Positions 54,493 to 63,310 of a stretch of 64,000 bases of DNA are shown piece by piece. A program made the position numbers and the translations under genes. The notes under the pieces were generated by a model. That model saw only the letters and a program-made list of their open reading frames with translations, ran no database searches and had not been told where the DNA came from. Position 1 is the stretch's first letter; each line of letters starts with the position of its first letter. This DNA is from Rhodospirillaceae bacterium (GTDB lineage: Bacteria > Pseudomonadota > Alphaproteobacteria > Rhodospirillales > JABJKH01). The stretch is taken from positions 74,398 through 138,397 of the forward strand of contig JABJKH010000008.1 in assembly GCA_018660465.1 (NCBI GenBank), read 5' to 3'.

Positions 54493-55884
54493 ATGGTGGG
54501 CTTGCCTATGGCAATGCAGGTTGAACATCTGGAATTTGAGACGGGCGTGCTGGGCGCGCCCGTTGCGCGTCTGATCTCAGGTAACGGCGGCAATTCGTCT
54601 AAACCGAACGCCTGGCTGATTTCATGCCGCGTGCCATCTGAAGACGCTAATAGAATTCAACGCCACAAAGCGGACGGGTTTAGAGAGATCGAATCTCTCG
54701 TTACCTTCAGACGGCCTATCACAGCTATTCCCGGCAGGGCCACGCCTCAACTCGCAATTGAAGCCGATTTCGAGGCGTGTTTGGAGATCGGCAAGACCTC
54801 ATTTCAGTTCGACCGCTTTCATTCAGACCCCGGCGTGCCGAACGCTTTGGCAGATATACTCAAGCAAACGTGGGTCGAGAACTCCCTCAAAGGCCGCGCA
54901 GATGCTGTCTTCGTTACCCGCGACGGTGACCGGGCGACTGGCTTTAATTTGTGCCGAATAGACGGGCGCGAAGTCACGATTGATTTGATTGCCGTTGCCA
55001 ACGACATGAAAGGTCGGGGCCTCGGTAAACAGCTCATTGAACAAGCCCTCAATCACTATGCAGGAAAAGCCGATTACATTCGTGCCGGTACCCAGACCAA
55101 TAACGCGGTCTCCAATCGACTTTACCTTGGAACCGGGTTTTCGGAATTCTCTCAACAGAAAACTCTGCATTGGATAAATCCTGCCAACGGGCCTGCGACT
55201 GGACTGACAATTGGGACGGCTATTTTTTCTCGGATGGATTCAAATCGGCTGCCTGGCAAAGCGCTGACGGATATCGCCGGGCGGCCCATGCTCGGCCGGG
55301 TCATAGATCAGCTTCGAAAGTGTGATCCGCTAATTATCGCGACTTCGAGTCGAGCCCTTGATGCGCCTATCGTTAACTTTGCCAAAAACGAAGGCGTCGC
55401 AATATTTAGAGGATCAGACACTGACGTTCTGGGCCGTGCGGCAGATTGCGCCCGCCACTTCGGCCTGGATGCCCTTGTGCGGATTTCAGGGGACAGTCCT
55501 TTTATCGATGCTGCCTTGATCGAACAAATGGTGGAAGAACACCGCAGTATCGTGCCGGACATCACAACCAACGTCTTTCCAAGAACCCTGCCCCCGGGCA
55601 TGAGCGTCGAAGTCATTTCGACATCTGTCCTCCATCGATTACTAGGCATGACCAACGACTTGGATGACCATGAGCACGTCACAAAGTATATTTATGGCAA
55701 CCCAGAAAAATTCCATATTCACCCGGTGACGTTTAATAAAGAAAGTTACGACAAGATACACTTGGCGGTGGATACGCAGCACGATTTAGACCGCGCAATT
55801 TGGATTGCGGAAAACACGACGGAAGTTTCATTGGGTCGGGTAACTGAATTGGCTCGGAAATGGGACAAGAGACAGGACACATGA
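54493..55884 (+). CDS. GNAT acetyltransferase / SpsF-type cytidylyltransferase fusion protein
   Basis: The N-terminal half is ...IDLIAVANDMKGRGLGKQLIEQAL...NNAVSNRLYLGTGF (GNAT). The C-terminal half is ...AIFSRMDSNRLPGKALTDIAGRPML...ISGDSPFID (CTP_transf_3). The start is set at ATG 54493, not 54415. Confidence 0.7.
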   Translation: MVGLPMAMQVEHLEFETGVLGAPVARLISGNGGNSSKPNAWLISCRVPSEDANRIQRHKADGFREIESLVTFRRPITAIPGRATPQLAIEADFEACLEIGKTSFQFDRFHSDPGVPNALADILKQTWVENSLKGRADAVFVTRDGDRATGFNLCRIDGREVTIDLIAVANDMKGRGLGKQLIEQALNHYAGKADYIRAGTQTNNAVSNRLYLGTGFSEFSQQKTLHWINPANGPATGLTIGTAIFSRMDSNRLPGKALTDIAGRPMLGRVIDQLRKCDPLIIATSSRALDAPIVNFAKNEGVAIFRGSDTDVLGRAADCARHFGLDALVRISGDSPFIDAALIEQMVEEHRSIVPDITTNVFPRTLPPGMSVEVISTSVLHRLLGMTNDLDDHEHVTKYIYGNPEKFHIHPVTFNKESYDKIHLAVDTQHDLDRAIWIAENTTEVSLGRVTELARKWDKRQDT

Positions 55885-57146
55885 CGAAACTTGCTCTCCT
55901 AGGCGGCGACCCTGTAATTGCCGAGCCCCTTCCCCCTTATCAATCCATGGGGGAGGCTGAAATCGCTGCTGTCAGCGATGTGGTTCGCTCAGGTTGCTTG
56001 TCCGGGTTTTATGGCAGCCCTGGTCCTGAATTTCTGGGTGGTCCGAAAGTGCGCGCCTTTGAAGACGCGTGGTCAGAACGTTTTGGTGCAAAGCATACAG
56101 TCTCCGTCAATTCTGCCACATCCGGCTTGATGGCCGCGGTTGGTGCGGTTGGTATAGGTCCGGGCGACGAAGTAATCGTTCCGCCTTGGACCATGTCAGC
56201 GACGGCCATGGCGCCTTTGATGTACGGCGGTATTCCCGTGTTCGCCGATATAGAAGACGAGACGTTCTGCCTTGATCCGGTCCAGGTGAAGGCCAGCATC
56301 ACACCCAAAACCAAAGCCATTATCGTGGTCAATCTTTTCGGCCATCCAGCGCGGCTGGCAGAACTTCGCCAGATCGCCGACGACAATGATCTGTTTCTTA
56401 TTGAGGATAACGCCCAAGCGCCGCTCGGCAGCGAAAACGGCAAATCCTGCGGCACCATCGGCCACATCGGCGTTTTTAGCCTCAATTTTCACAAGCACAT
56501 CCACACCGGCGAAGGTGGCATGTGCACAACAGATGATGGCGATTTGGCCAAACGTTTGCAGTTGATCCGCAACCACGGGGAAAATACGGTTGAAGATTGG
56601 GGCATTTCCGACATCACCAACATCATCGGCATGAACCTTCGGATGAGCGAACTGCATGCCGCCGTAGGCCTCGCCCAACTCAGCCACGCAGGCGCGCATA
56701 TTGAAACACGGGAAACGCTGGCGACGGCGTTGACGGAGGGAACCAAAGACCTGGAAGGCTGGACTCCGCCTGTCGTCCGCGATGGTTGCCGACACAACTA
56801 TTATGTCTGGCTACCCAAGTTTGATGAGGAAGCCACAGGCATCAACCGAGAAATATTTTGCAAGGCCTTGGCAGCAGAAGGTTTCCCGCATGGGGTTGGT
56901 TATCTACCGCCGCTCTACACCCTGCCCGTTTTCCAAAAGCGCCAGGCCATTGGGAAAGAAGGGTTTCCGTTCACTCTCACGGATCGGCGTTATGAAGGGA
57001 AGCTGTGCCCCGTCACGGAGCGCTTGCATGAGAAAGAGGCCATCGTGTTTGAGCCTTGCGCGTTTGAGGTGATAGATCAGACGACTGAACTTCTGATACG
57101 CGCCATCCGCAAAGTTCATGATAACCGCGCTGAGCTATCGCCATGA
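55881..57146 (+). CDS. DegT/DnrJ/EryC1/StrS family sugar aminotransferase (second copy)
   Basis: ...VNSATSGLMAAV... and PLP-lysine context FSLNFHKHIHTGEGG. ATGA overlap with the upstream stop at 55881-55884. Confidence 0.85.
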   Translation: MTKLALLGGDPVIAEPLPPYQSMGEAEIAAVSDVVRSGCLSGFYGSPGPEFLGGPKVRAFEDAWSERFGAKHTVSVNSATSGLMAAVGAVGIGPGDEVIVPPWTMSATAMAPLMYGGIPVFADIEDETFCLDPVQVKASITPKTKAIIVVNLFGHPARLAELRQIADDNDLFLIEDNAQAPLGSENGKSCGTIGHIGVFSLNFHKHIHTGEGGMCTTDDGDLAKRLQLIRNHGENTVEDWGISDITNIIGMNLRMSELHAAVGLAQLSHAGAHIETRETLATALTEGTKDLEGWTPPVVRDGCRHNYYVWLPKFDEEATGINREIFCKALAAEGFPHGVGYLPPLYTLPVFQKRQAIGKEGFPFTLTDRRYEGKLCPVTERLHEKEAIVFEPCAFEVIDQTTELLIRAIRKVHDNRAELSP

Positions 57147-57883
57147 CTCGCATTATCGCCAGTATTGAAGCACGCATGTCGTCGTCTCGTTTGCCGGGCA
57201 AGGTGCTGATGGACATCAACGGCCAGCCGTCGCTGACCCGCCAAGTGCGCCGCCTTCAGCAATCAAAAAAGTTAGACGGTATTGTTGTCGCAACAACGAC
57301 AAACCCAGCTGACGACGCAATTGAAGCTTGGGCTGCGGGCGAAGATGTCGCCTGCTATCGCGGCAGCGAAGACGATGTGCTGCTGCGCGTGGTCGAAGCT
57401 CAACGGTCCATGGATAGTGATATTGTGGTGGAAATTTGTGGCGACACGCCGCTGATTGATCCTGCTGTCATTGATGCGGCCATTACTCTTTTTGAAGACA
57501 CCGATAGCGACATCGTCAGCAACACCTTCCGACTGTCCTACCCGCAAGGGATCGATGCTCAGGTGTTCCGCCTGTCAGACCTTGAAGAGGTCGAACGAAC
57601 AGTTAAGGACCCCGCCGTCCGCGAACATGTATCGCTTTATTTTTATGAACACCCGGAACGCTATCGCTTGGTCGACCTGATCGCGCCGCCCGAACACACC
57701 TTGCCAGAGCAACGTTTACAGCTTGATTACGAAGAAGATCTAGCCCTGATCCGTGAAGTTTATCGTCAGCTTGAACCTGATAACGGAGATGGCTTTGGGG
57801 TGGGCGACATCGCCGCATTGCTCAGCGCCAATCCGGAGCTCACAGACTTAAACAAACATTGTGAGGAAATGTCGGTGCGATGA
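57143..57883 (+). CDS. Cytidylyltransferase (SpsF family), third copy of the domain in the window
   Basis: MTRIIASIEARMSSSRLPGKVLMDINGQPSL... and ...ICGDTPLIDP. Overlaps both neighbours by 4 nt. Confidence 0.75.
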   Translation: MTRIIASIEARMSSSRLPGKVLMDINGQPSLTRQVRRLQQSKKLDGIVVATTTNPADDAIEAWAAGEDVACYRGSEDDVLLRVVEAQRSMDSDIVVEICGDTPLIDPAVIDAAITLFEDTDSDIVSNTFRLSYPQGIDAQVFRLSDLEEVERTVKDPAVREHVSLYFYEHPERYRLVDLIAPPEHTLPEQRLQLDYEEDLALIREVYRQLEPDNGDGFGVGDIAALLSANPELTDLNKHCEEMSVR

Positions 57884-58902
57884 CGGATACTCCCCTCAGA
57901 ACCATCGTCGTCGGCTTCGGACAAATCGCCAGTGGCCTTGAAGCGGACGCGAAAATGGCAGCGCACTTTAAGTACGCCACCCATGCGCAAGTCCTCAACG
58001 ATCATCCCAATTTTGATTGGCTCGGTGTGGTTGATCCGTCGGACGAGGCTCAATCCACCGCGCGAGATAAGTGGAATGTTCCCCATGTTGGGGATGACTT
58101 GGCAGATATAATAGCTAAGACAGACCCCGAAGTGGTGATCATCACGGCACCGCCTGAGGCTCGTTTATCTGTTATAAATCAATGCCCAAACCTAAAATCT
58201 GCATTCGTCGAAAAGCCCTTAAATTTGGGTGGTGACGAAGGCGATGAATTGGTTGATGCCTGCATAAAAAGGGGCATTAATCTGCAGGTTAACTTCTGGC
58301 GCCGAGGCGACCAACTCTTCCGCGAACTCGCTGCTGAACGATTGACGGCGTTGGTAGGGACACCTGAAGTAATCTTCGCGACCTACGGCAACGGCCTTCG
58401 CAATAACGCCAGTCATATGATTGATTTTATTCGCATGCTGTTGGGTGAAATCACGGCTGTTCAAGCGGGTGGGCCTGCGTCCCCTCTGGAAAATCCGCCT
58501 CTACCGGGCGACGTTCATGTGGCCTTTTCTGCGAATCTTGAGAGGGGCGCGACCGTGGCTATTCAGCCTATCGATTTCACGAATTACCGAGAAATTGGAC
58601 TCGATATCTGGGGCAGCCTTGGGCGGCTTACAATCCTGCAAGAAGGTCTCAGCATCCGCCATTATCCAGTTACGGAAAATCGCGCGTTAGAGAACGAACA
58701 AGAAATTAATTCCGATGTGGGAACGGCGATTGAAAGCACGGTCTCAACAGCGCTCTATAACCTGTACGACAACCTCTATGCCGCCACGGTTGAGGACGCG
58801 CCGCTCGCGAGTTCGGGCACGTCGGCAATTAGAACCGAAAATATCATTAACGCGGTTCTGTCTTCAGCTGATCGCTCAGGCGAGCGCGTGGTGCTCGGAT
58901 GA
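57880..58902 (+). CDS. Gfo/Idh/MocA family oxidoreductase (second copy)
   Basis: ...TIVVGFGQIASG... Rossmann start and ...AFVEKPL... motif, 340 aa. Confidence 0.7.
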   Translation: MTDTPLRTIVVGFGQIASGLEADAKMAAHFKYATHAQVLNDHPNFDWLGVVDPSDEAQSTARDKWNVPHVGDDLADIIAKTDPEVVIITAPPEARLSVINQCPNLKSAFVEKPLNLGGDEGDELVDACIKRGINLQVNFWRRGDQLFRELAAERLTALVGTPEVIFATYGNGLRNNASHMIDFIRMLLGEITAVQAGGPASPLENPPLPGDVHVAFSANLERGATVAIQPIDFTNYREIGLDIWGSLGRLTILQEGLSIRHYPVTENRALENEQEINSDVGTAIESTVSTALYNLYDNLYAATVEDAPLASSGTSAIRTENIINAVLSSADRSGERVVLG

Positions 58903-60017
58903 GCATCGACACGGAAATCCTCATATTTGTCGAGGACCCCGGTGCTGCCAACTGTGTCACCCGCCTGCCATCAGCGCTCGAAGACCTGAGCATCGGCACC
59001 TCCCTATTCGCCGCGGGTACAGCTGTCGGATATTTAGGCCAACAAGGCATTGCTTTCACAGAACTCCCAGAGGGATCAACTGCCGCATCACTTTTGGATA
59101 ATGCATCGCCTAAGTTGGTCCTCGTTGGAACCTCTGAAAACCCTGACACTTTCGGCCTTCAATTGGTGGCTCCAGCCCAGGAACGTGGCATTCCAACCGT
59201 AGGAATCGTGGATGGTCCGGCCAATCCGCAGCACCGATTCCGCGGTCGTGGGGACGCACCTCTTCATCACGTACCCGATTTTCTTATTGTGCCGACCGAT
59301 CCCTTGAAGAAGACCTTTGTCCAATTGGGTCATGGGCAAGAAAATATTTTTATCGGCGGCCATCCCCATTACGACGCCATCAAAGAGAAGCGCGGCGCTC
59401 TGCGGGAAATTGGCCGAGCCGCACTCCGGAAGAAAATTCTACCTGAAATTTCTGACGAGCGGCCTCTTATCGTCTTTGCGGCAGAAATCTCAGATGGACT
59501 GGACCCAACTCAATTTCAAAGGTCCGCCGATTACACTCTTCGAGGACGCGGCCAAAGTGACCTTAGAACGAATATCGTGTTGGAAGAACTGCTCGATAGC
59601 CTCAACACCCTTGGTCCCAAGCCCTACATGGTACTGCGGCTTCATCCGAAAAACACTCGGCAAGAATATTCTGTATATGCATCAGAAATCGATCATATCA
59701 GCGATAGCGGTTCGCCCTTGGATGTCTGCTTTGCGGCAGACTTGGTGGTTGGAATGACATCAATTTTACTGATTGAGGCGGCTATTCTTGGACGACCAAC
59801 GCTTTCGATTATCCCTCGGGATGTTGAAAAGAACTGGCTGGATAGCATTGAATTGGGTCTTACAAAGGTTGCAACATCACGTGACGAACTCCACCAAGCA
59901 ATTAGCCAATTTATGAAAGATTGGCCCAAGGAGACTGACAACCGGGTCGATGAAGTGATAAATTTCGGATCAACCGACCGGATTGCTAAATTCCTGAGAG
60001 ACAGGATCGCGGACTAG
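58899..60017 (+). CDS. Hypothetical protein, possibly GT-B-fold (nucleotide-sugar hydrolase or transferase-like)
   Basis: 372 aa, translationally coupled on both sides. The C-terminal ...ADLVVGMTSILLIEAAILGRPTLSI... resembles the nucleotide-sugar-binding half of GT-B enzymes. No confident family assignment. Confidence 0.3.
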   Translation: MSIDTEILIFVEDPGAANCVTRLPSALEDLSIGTSLFAAGTAVGYLGQQGIAFTELPEGSTAASLLDNASPKLVLVGTSENPDTFGLQLVAPAQERGIPTVGIVDGPANPQHRFRGRGDAPLHHVPDFLIVPTDPLKKTFVQLGHGQENIFIGGHPHYDAIKEKRGALREIGRAALRKKILPEISDERPLIVFAAEISDGLDPTQFQRSADYTLRGRGQSDLRTNIVLEELLDSLNTLGPKPYMVLRLHPKNTRQEYSVYASEIDHISDSGSPLDVCFAADLVVGMTSILLIEAAILGRPTLSIIPRDVEKNWLDSIELGLTKVATSRDELHQAISQFMKDWPKETDNRVDEVINFGSTDRIAKFLRDRIAD

Positions 60018-60030
60018 AGTTTGTGAAATC

Positions 60031-60567
60031 ATGGCGACAGCACCTCAAATAGAAACCCAACACCTGCGACTGGTCGCCTTTTCTGAAAAGCATTTGGCGG
60101 AACGCTATGTCAGCTGGCTGAATGACCCTGATGTTGTTCGATATAGTGAGCAACGCCATGACACGCATACATTGGAAAGCTGTCGCGAATTCTTGAAATC
60201 CTTCGACGACACGCCGAATTTGTATTGGGCGATTGAAGAAACTGCGACCGGCCGCCACATCGGTAATATCGACGCCCACATTGACGCGCCAAACAAAGTT
60301 GCCGACGTTGGCATCGTCCTAGGTGAGAAAGAAATTTGGGGCAAAGGCTATGGCTTTGAGGCTTGGACTGGCGTGCTGGATTATCTTCTTGGTCCTGGCG
60401 ACATGCGCAAGGTGACGGCTGGCACCATGGCAACCAACGTCGGAATGCTGGGCATTATGCGTAAGGCCAGGATGGTGGAGGAAGGCAGGCGGCTAAAAAA
60501 TTACCTTCTGGATGGCAAGGAAGTCGATCTCATCCTGGTTGCACGGTTTGCTGATGACCAAGACTGA
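60031..60567 (+). CDS. GNAT family N-acetyltransferase (RimJ/RimL-like)
   Basis: ...IETQHLRLVAFSEKHLAERYVSWLNDPDVVRYSE... and ...WGKGYGFEAW..., typical of the Acetyltransf_3 type. Confidence 0.75.
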   Translation: MATAPQIETQHLRLVAFSEKHLAERYVSWLNDPDVVRYSEQRHDTHTLESCREFLKSFDDTPNLYWAIEETATGRHIGNIDAHIDAPNKVADVGIVLGEKEIWGKGYGFEAWTGVLDYLLGPGDMRKVTAGTMATNVGMLGIMRKARMVEEGRRLKNYLLDGKEVDLILVARFADDQD

Positions 60568-62134
60568 GCAAGATATTCAACAAGAAATCTATGTGGCCCT
60601 TGCCTTCCATCAAGCGGGAAAACTGAAAGAGGCTAAATCTGAATATCGAAAGCTCCTGCGTCGATACCCTGATAATGCCGATATCCTACATTTAAGTGGA
60701 ACGCTGGCGCACCAAATGGGACAGATGGATGCAGCGCTCAAGAATCTAACACGGGCGGCTACTTTGGCTCCCCAGAATCTTGAAATTCACCTGAACCTCT
60801 TTAGAACGCTTGCCACGCAAGATAAAATCCCAGAATTAGAACATACGCTCCATATTCTCGTCGAATTGTCGCCAAAGGATGCCAACTTGCTGGCCCAGTT
60901 GGGCGAAATTCTTGTGCGACAGGACCGTGCAGATGAAGCTGAGCCTTACTTTCGTCGTTCCGTAGAGTCAAACCCCGAAACCTTAGATGCCTGGAATGGA
61001 CTTGGAAATATATTGGAACGCCGCGGCGAATTTGCGGATGCCGAAGACTGCTATCTTAAATCCATTGAAATAGAACCAAATCGTGCCGAAGCGCGCTACA
61101 ACCTTGGTAATGTGCTGCGCCAACAGAATAAAGTCGAAGACTCGATTAAGGCCTTAAGCAAGGCCGTCGAGTTAGATCCTGAATTTAAACTGGCCCACGT
61201 TCATCTCGCGTTTTCTTTGTTTATGAATGGCGATTTTGAAGCTGCTTGGCCGGAATATGAATGGCGCTGGAAAATCCCTAATTTTCCAACCCCGGTAAGG
61301 CCGTTTTCCCAGCCAAAATGGCAAGGCGAACGCCTCGACGGTAAAAAAATTCTCGTTCATGCAGAGCAAGGATTCGGCGATTCTCTACAATTTGCACGAT
61401 TTACAAAGGACATTGCGGACCATGGCGGAGATATCATTTTAGAATGCGCTCCCGGCCTTACCAGCCTCATGGAATCGGCTCCTGGTGTAACCGAAACCCT
61501 GGCCCGCGGCGACCAATTGCCGGCTTTTGACGTCCATGTTCCCTTGCTTTCAATTCCAGGAATTTTATCGATGGGTTTGGACGCCCTTCCAAATCAGGTT
61601 CCTTATCTTCAAGTTCCTGTTAACAAACAAGAATATTGGGCTGGTCGGTTAAAATCTCCTGACCAGTTAAAAATCGGTATCACGTGGCAAACAAGCACCG
61701 AACAGCTCAGCAGTTCCTTTAAATCCTGCCCGCTTCAGGCCTACGCCGCATTATTTGGCATTGAACAGGTGAAATGGATCAGCCTACAGAAGGAAATTCC
61801 CGACTCCGACCTGCCTTTACCACCTGACATCATGGATATTTCTGAAGACTTGGCTGATTTTTCCGATACGGCCGCCGTAATTTCAGAATTGGACCTTGTT
61901 ATTAGCATGGATACTGCCGTCGCCCACCTCACCGGTGCCCTCGGAAAGCCAGTCTGGCTGCTACTCTCAACGGCGGGGGATTGGCGTTGGATGAAGGACC
62001 GCAACGACAGCCCTTGGTACCCAACAATGCAAATTTTCCGACAGACCAATTTTAACGACTGGAACGAAATTTTGACGCGAATTCGCCCTCAAATTGAAAA
62101 GTTAATCGTTGATAAAGCGTTAAATTCCGCGTAA
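60554..62134 (+). CDS. TPR-repeat / GT9 (heptosyltransferase-fold)-like fusion protein
   Basis: N-terminal TPRs (...AEPYFRRSVESNPETLDAWNGLGNILERRGEFADAEDCYLKSIEIEPNRAEARYNLGNVL...). The C-terminal part has ...ILVHAEQGFGDSLQFARF..., ...DLVISMDTAVAHLTGALGKPVWLLL...WYPTMQIFRQ. The start is set at ATG 60554. Confidence 0.65.
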   Translation: MTKTEQDIQQEIYVALAFHQAGKLKEAKSEYRKLLRRYPDNADILHLSGTLAHQMGQMDAALKNLTRAATLAPQNLEIHLNLFRTLATQDKIPELEHTLHILVELSPKDANLLAQLGEILVRQDRADEAEPYFRRSVESNPETLDAWNGLGNILERRGEFADAEDCYLKSIEIEPNRAEARYNLGNVLRQQNKVEDSIKALSKAVELDPEFKLAHVHLAFSLFMNGDFEAAWPEYEWRWKIPNFPTPVRPFSQPKWQGERLDGKKILVHAEQGFGDSLQFARFTKDIADHGGDIILECAPGLTSLMESAPGVTETLARGDQLPAFDVHVPLLSIPGILSMGLDALPNQVPYLQVPVNKQEYWAGRLKSPDQLKIGITWQTSTEQLSSSFKSCPLQAYAALFGIEQVKWISLQKEIPDSDLPLPPDIMDISEDLADFSDTAAVISELDLVISMDTAVAHLTGALGKPVWLLLSTAGDWRWMKDRNDSPWYPTMQIFRQTNFNDWNEILTRIRPQIEKLIVDKALNSA

Positions 62135-62254
62135 GCTATTGAAATACAAGAAAACAAATTTTAACACATTTCGTTATTTTTCTTTACTTATCCCCCCAAA
62201 GCCGTGTATCCTTTAAATGCTTAGCAGAAGCTATGTGTAAGAAAGGAGAAAACT

Positions 62255-62521
62255 ATGGCCGATTCAGTCTTAGCACAATTCCCTCTTACCGTTGCGAGTC
62301 AGCTTGTGCAGCAAACCACTGTTCAACTTGAACAGCAAAAGGAGGCTGCAGAAGACGCAGCAAAAGAGGAGGAGCAAAAAAGTTCAACCTCTGCTCTTCA
62401 GGCTTCCGCGCCTGTTTCTGAAGGGAGCTCGAGTTCTGGTGCAAATCAGAATGACAGCAACGATTCAGACTCTGGTGGAAGCGCCGACGGTCGAGGTGGA
62501 AAGGTAAACATTGAAACTTAA
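62255..62521 (+). CDS. Small acidic Ser-rich protein, YjfB-like putative motility protein
   Basis: 88 aa, SD aaaggag. N-terminal ...VASQLVQQTTVQLEQQKEAA... and C-terminal ...GGKVNIET resemble the YjfB_motility family pattern (...HLG.NIDI.A). No Cys or Trp. Confidence 0.4.
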   Translation: MADSVLAQFPLTVASQLVQQTTVQLEQQKEAAEDAAKEEEQKSSTSALQASAPVSEGSSSSGANQNDSNDSDSGGSADGRGGKVNIET

Positions 62522-62552
62522 CACCAAAACTACCGACCATATGGTATGTTAA

Positions 62553-62581
62553 AGCCTCCCCAATGATGGGGGGGCTTTTTC
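62553..62581 (+). terminator. Rho-independent terminator
   Basis: AGCCTCCCC-aatgat-GGGGGGGCT is followed by TTTTT. It lies 32 nt after the stop of the small protein and may also serve the convergent Sel1 gene. Confidence 0.75.
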
Positions 62582-62604
62582 ATTTGGGGAACATGGCACA
62601 CGTC

Positions 62605-63018
62605 CTACCTCTCCACGAAGGAACGAGACCGCTGGACCGCCTTTTCCTTTTCCTGATCCGACAGCTTAACTTCCAGGCGAGAAACGCTATCAAGCATCCG
62701 CTTCGCGATAACTGGCCCGAAACGTTTCTTGAGCAAGACCTCGCCAGATTTCATCGCTAAAAGCCGGGCATAGGCCTCGACTTTATCTTTAGAGACACCG
62801 TTGCCTTCTAAATAAATCAGGGCCAAACCGTAATGGGCGCCTGGCTCACCCCATTCCGCCGCTTTTTCGTACCATTTACGCGCCACTTCTGGGTCCAGCT
62901 GAGATCCCCTCCCTTCCAGAACCATCGCTGCCAGATTCACTTGCGCCTCAGAATTACCGGATTCGGCCGCTTTTTTCAGAGTAGTGAAAATTTTGGCATC
63001 CTTTTTATTTAAAGCCAT
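62605..63018 (-). CDS. Sel1-repeat (TPR-like) protein
   Basis: ...SGNSEAQVNLAAMVLEGRGSQLDPEVARKWYEKAAEWGEPGAHYGLALIYLEGNGVSKD... contains Sel1 repeats. The start is set at Met 63018, which has a perfect SD (GAGGAGGctATG), not 63192. Confidence 0.65.
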   Translation of the reverse strand: MALNKKDAKIFTTLKKAAESGNSEAQVNLAAMVLEGRGSQLDPEVARKWYEKAAEWGEPGAHYGLALIYLEGNGVSKDKVEAYARLLAMKSGEVLLKKRFGPVIAKRMLDSVSRLEVKLSDQEKEKAVQRSRSFVER

Positions 63019-63255
63019 AGCCTCCTCAATCCCTATTCGTGCAGCGTGCGAAGGACATCTCGCAAAAACCCCGAGATTATTCATTATCCCAATGAATATG
63101 GCCAATGAATATAAAAGGGGTGGGCAAATAACGGCACAAACTTCCTGGGTTAACTGGTCAAATATTGCCGAGCACCCCGGAATTTTGGCCAATTTCTGAG
63201 TCCTAAAAATTATTTTTTACAATAAATTCAAATAGTTATGTCGTTTTTCCAAAAC

Positions 63256-63271
63256 TGGCCCGCGATTTGCT
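63256..63271 (+). promoter_or_regulatory. Sigma-54 (-24/-12) promoter
   Basis: TGGCCCgcgatTTGCT has correct 12-nt GG/GC spacing. It is 40 nt upstream of the ATG at 63311. Confidence 0.55.
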
Positions 63272-63310
63272 TAGTAGGGGTTAGCGAATTTTATATTTTT
63301 GGAGGAAGAC

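Noticed and set aside
56196-56795. 199-aa and 158-aa minus-strand ORFs (56009-56485, 56196-56795, 56489-56797)
   Set aside because: They are antisense to the second DegT aminotransferase, which carries the PLP-lysine motif in the plus frame.
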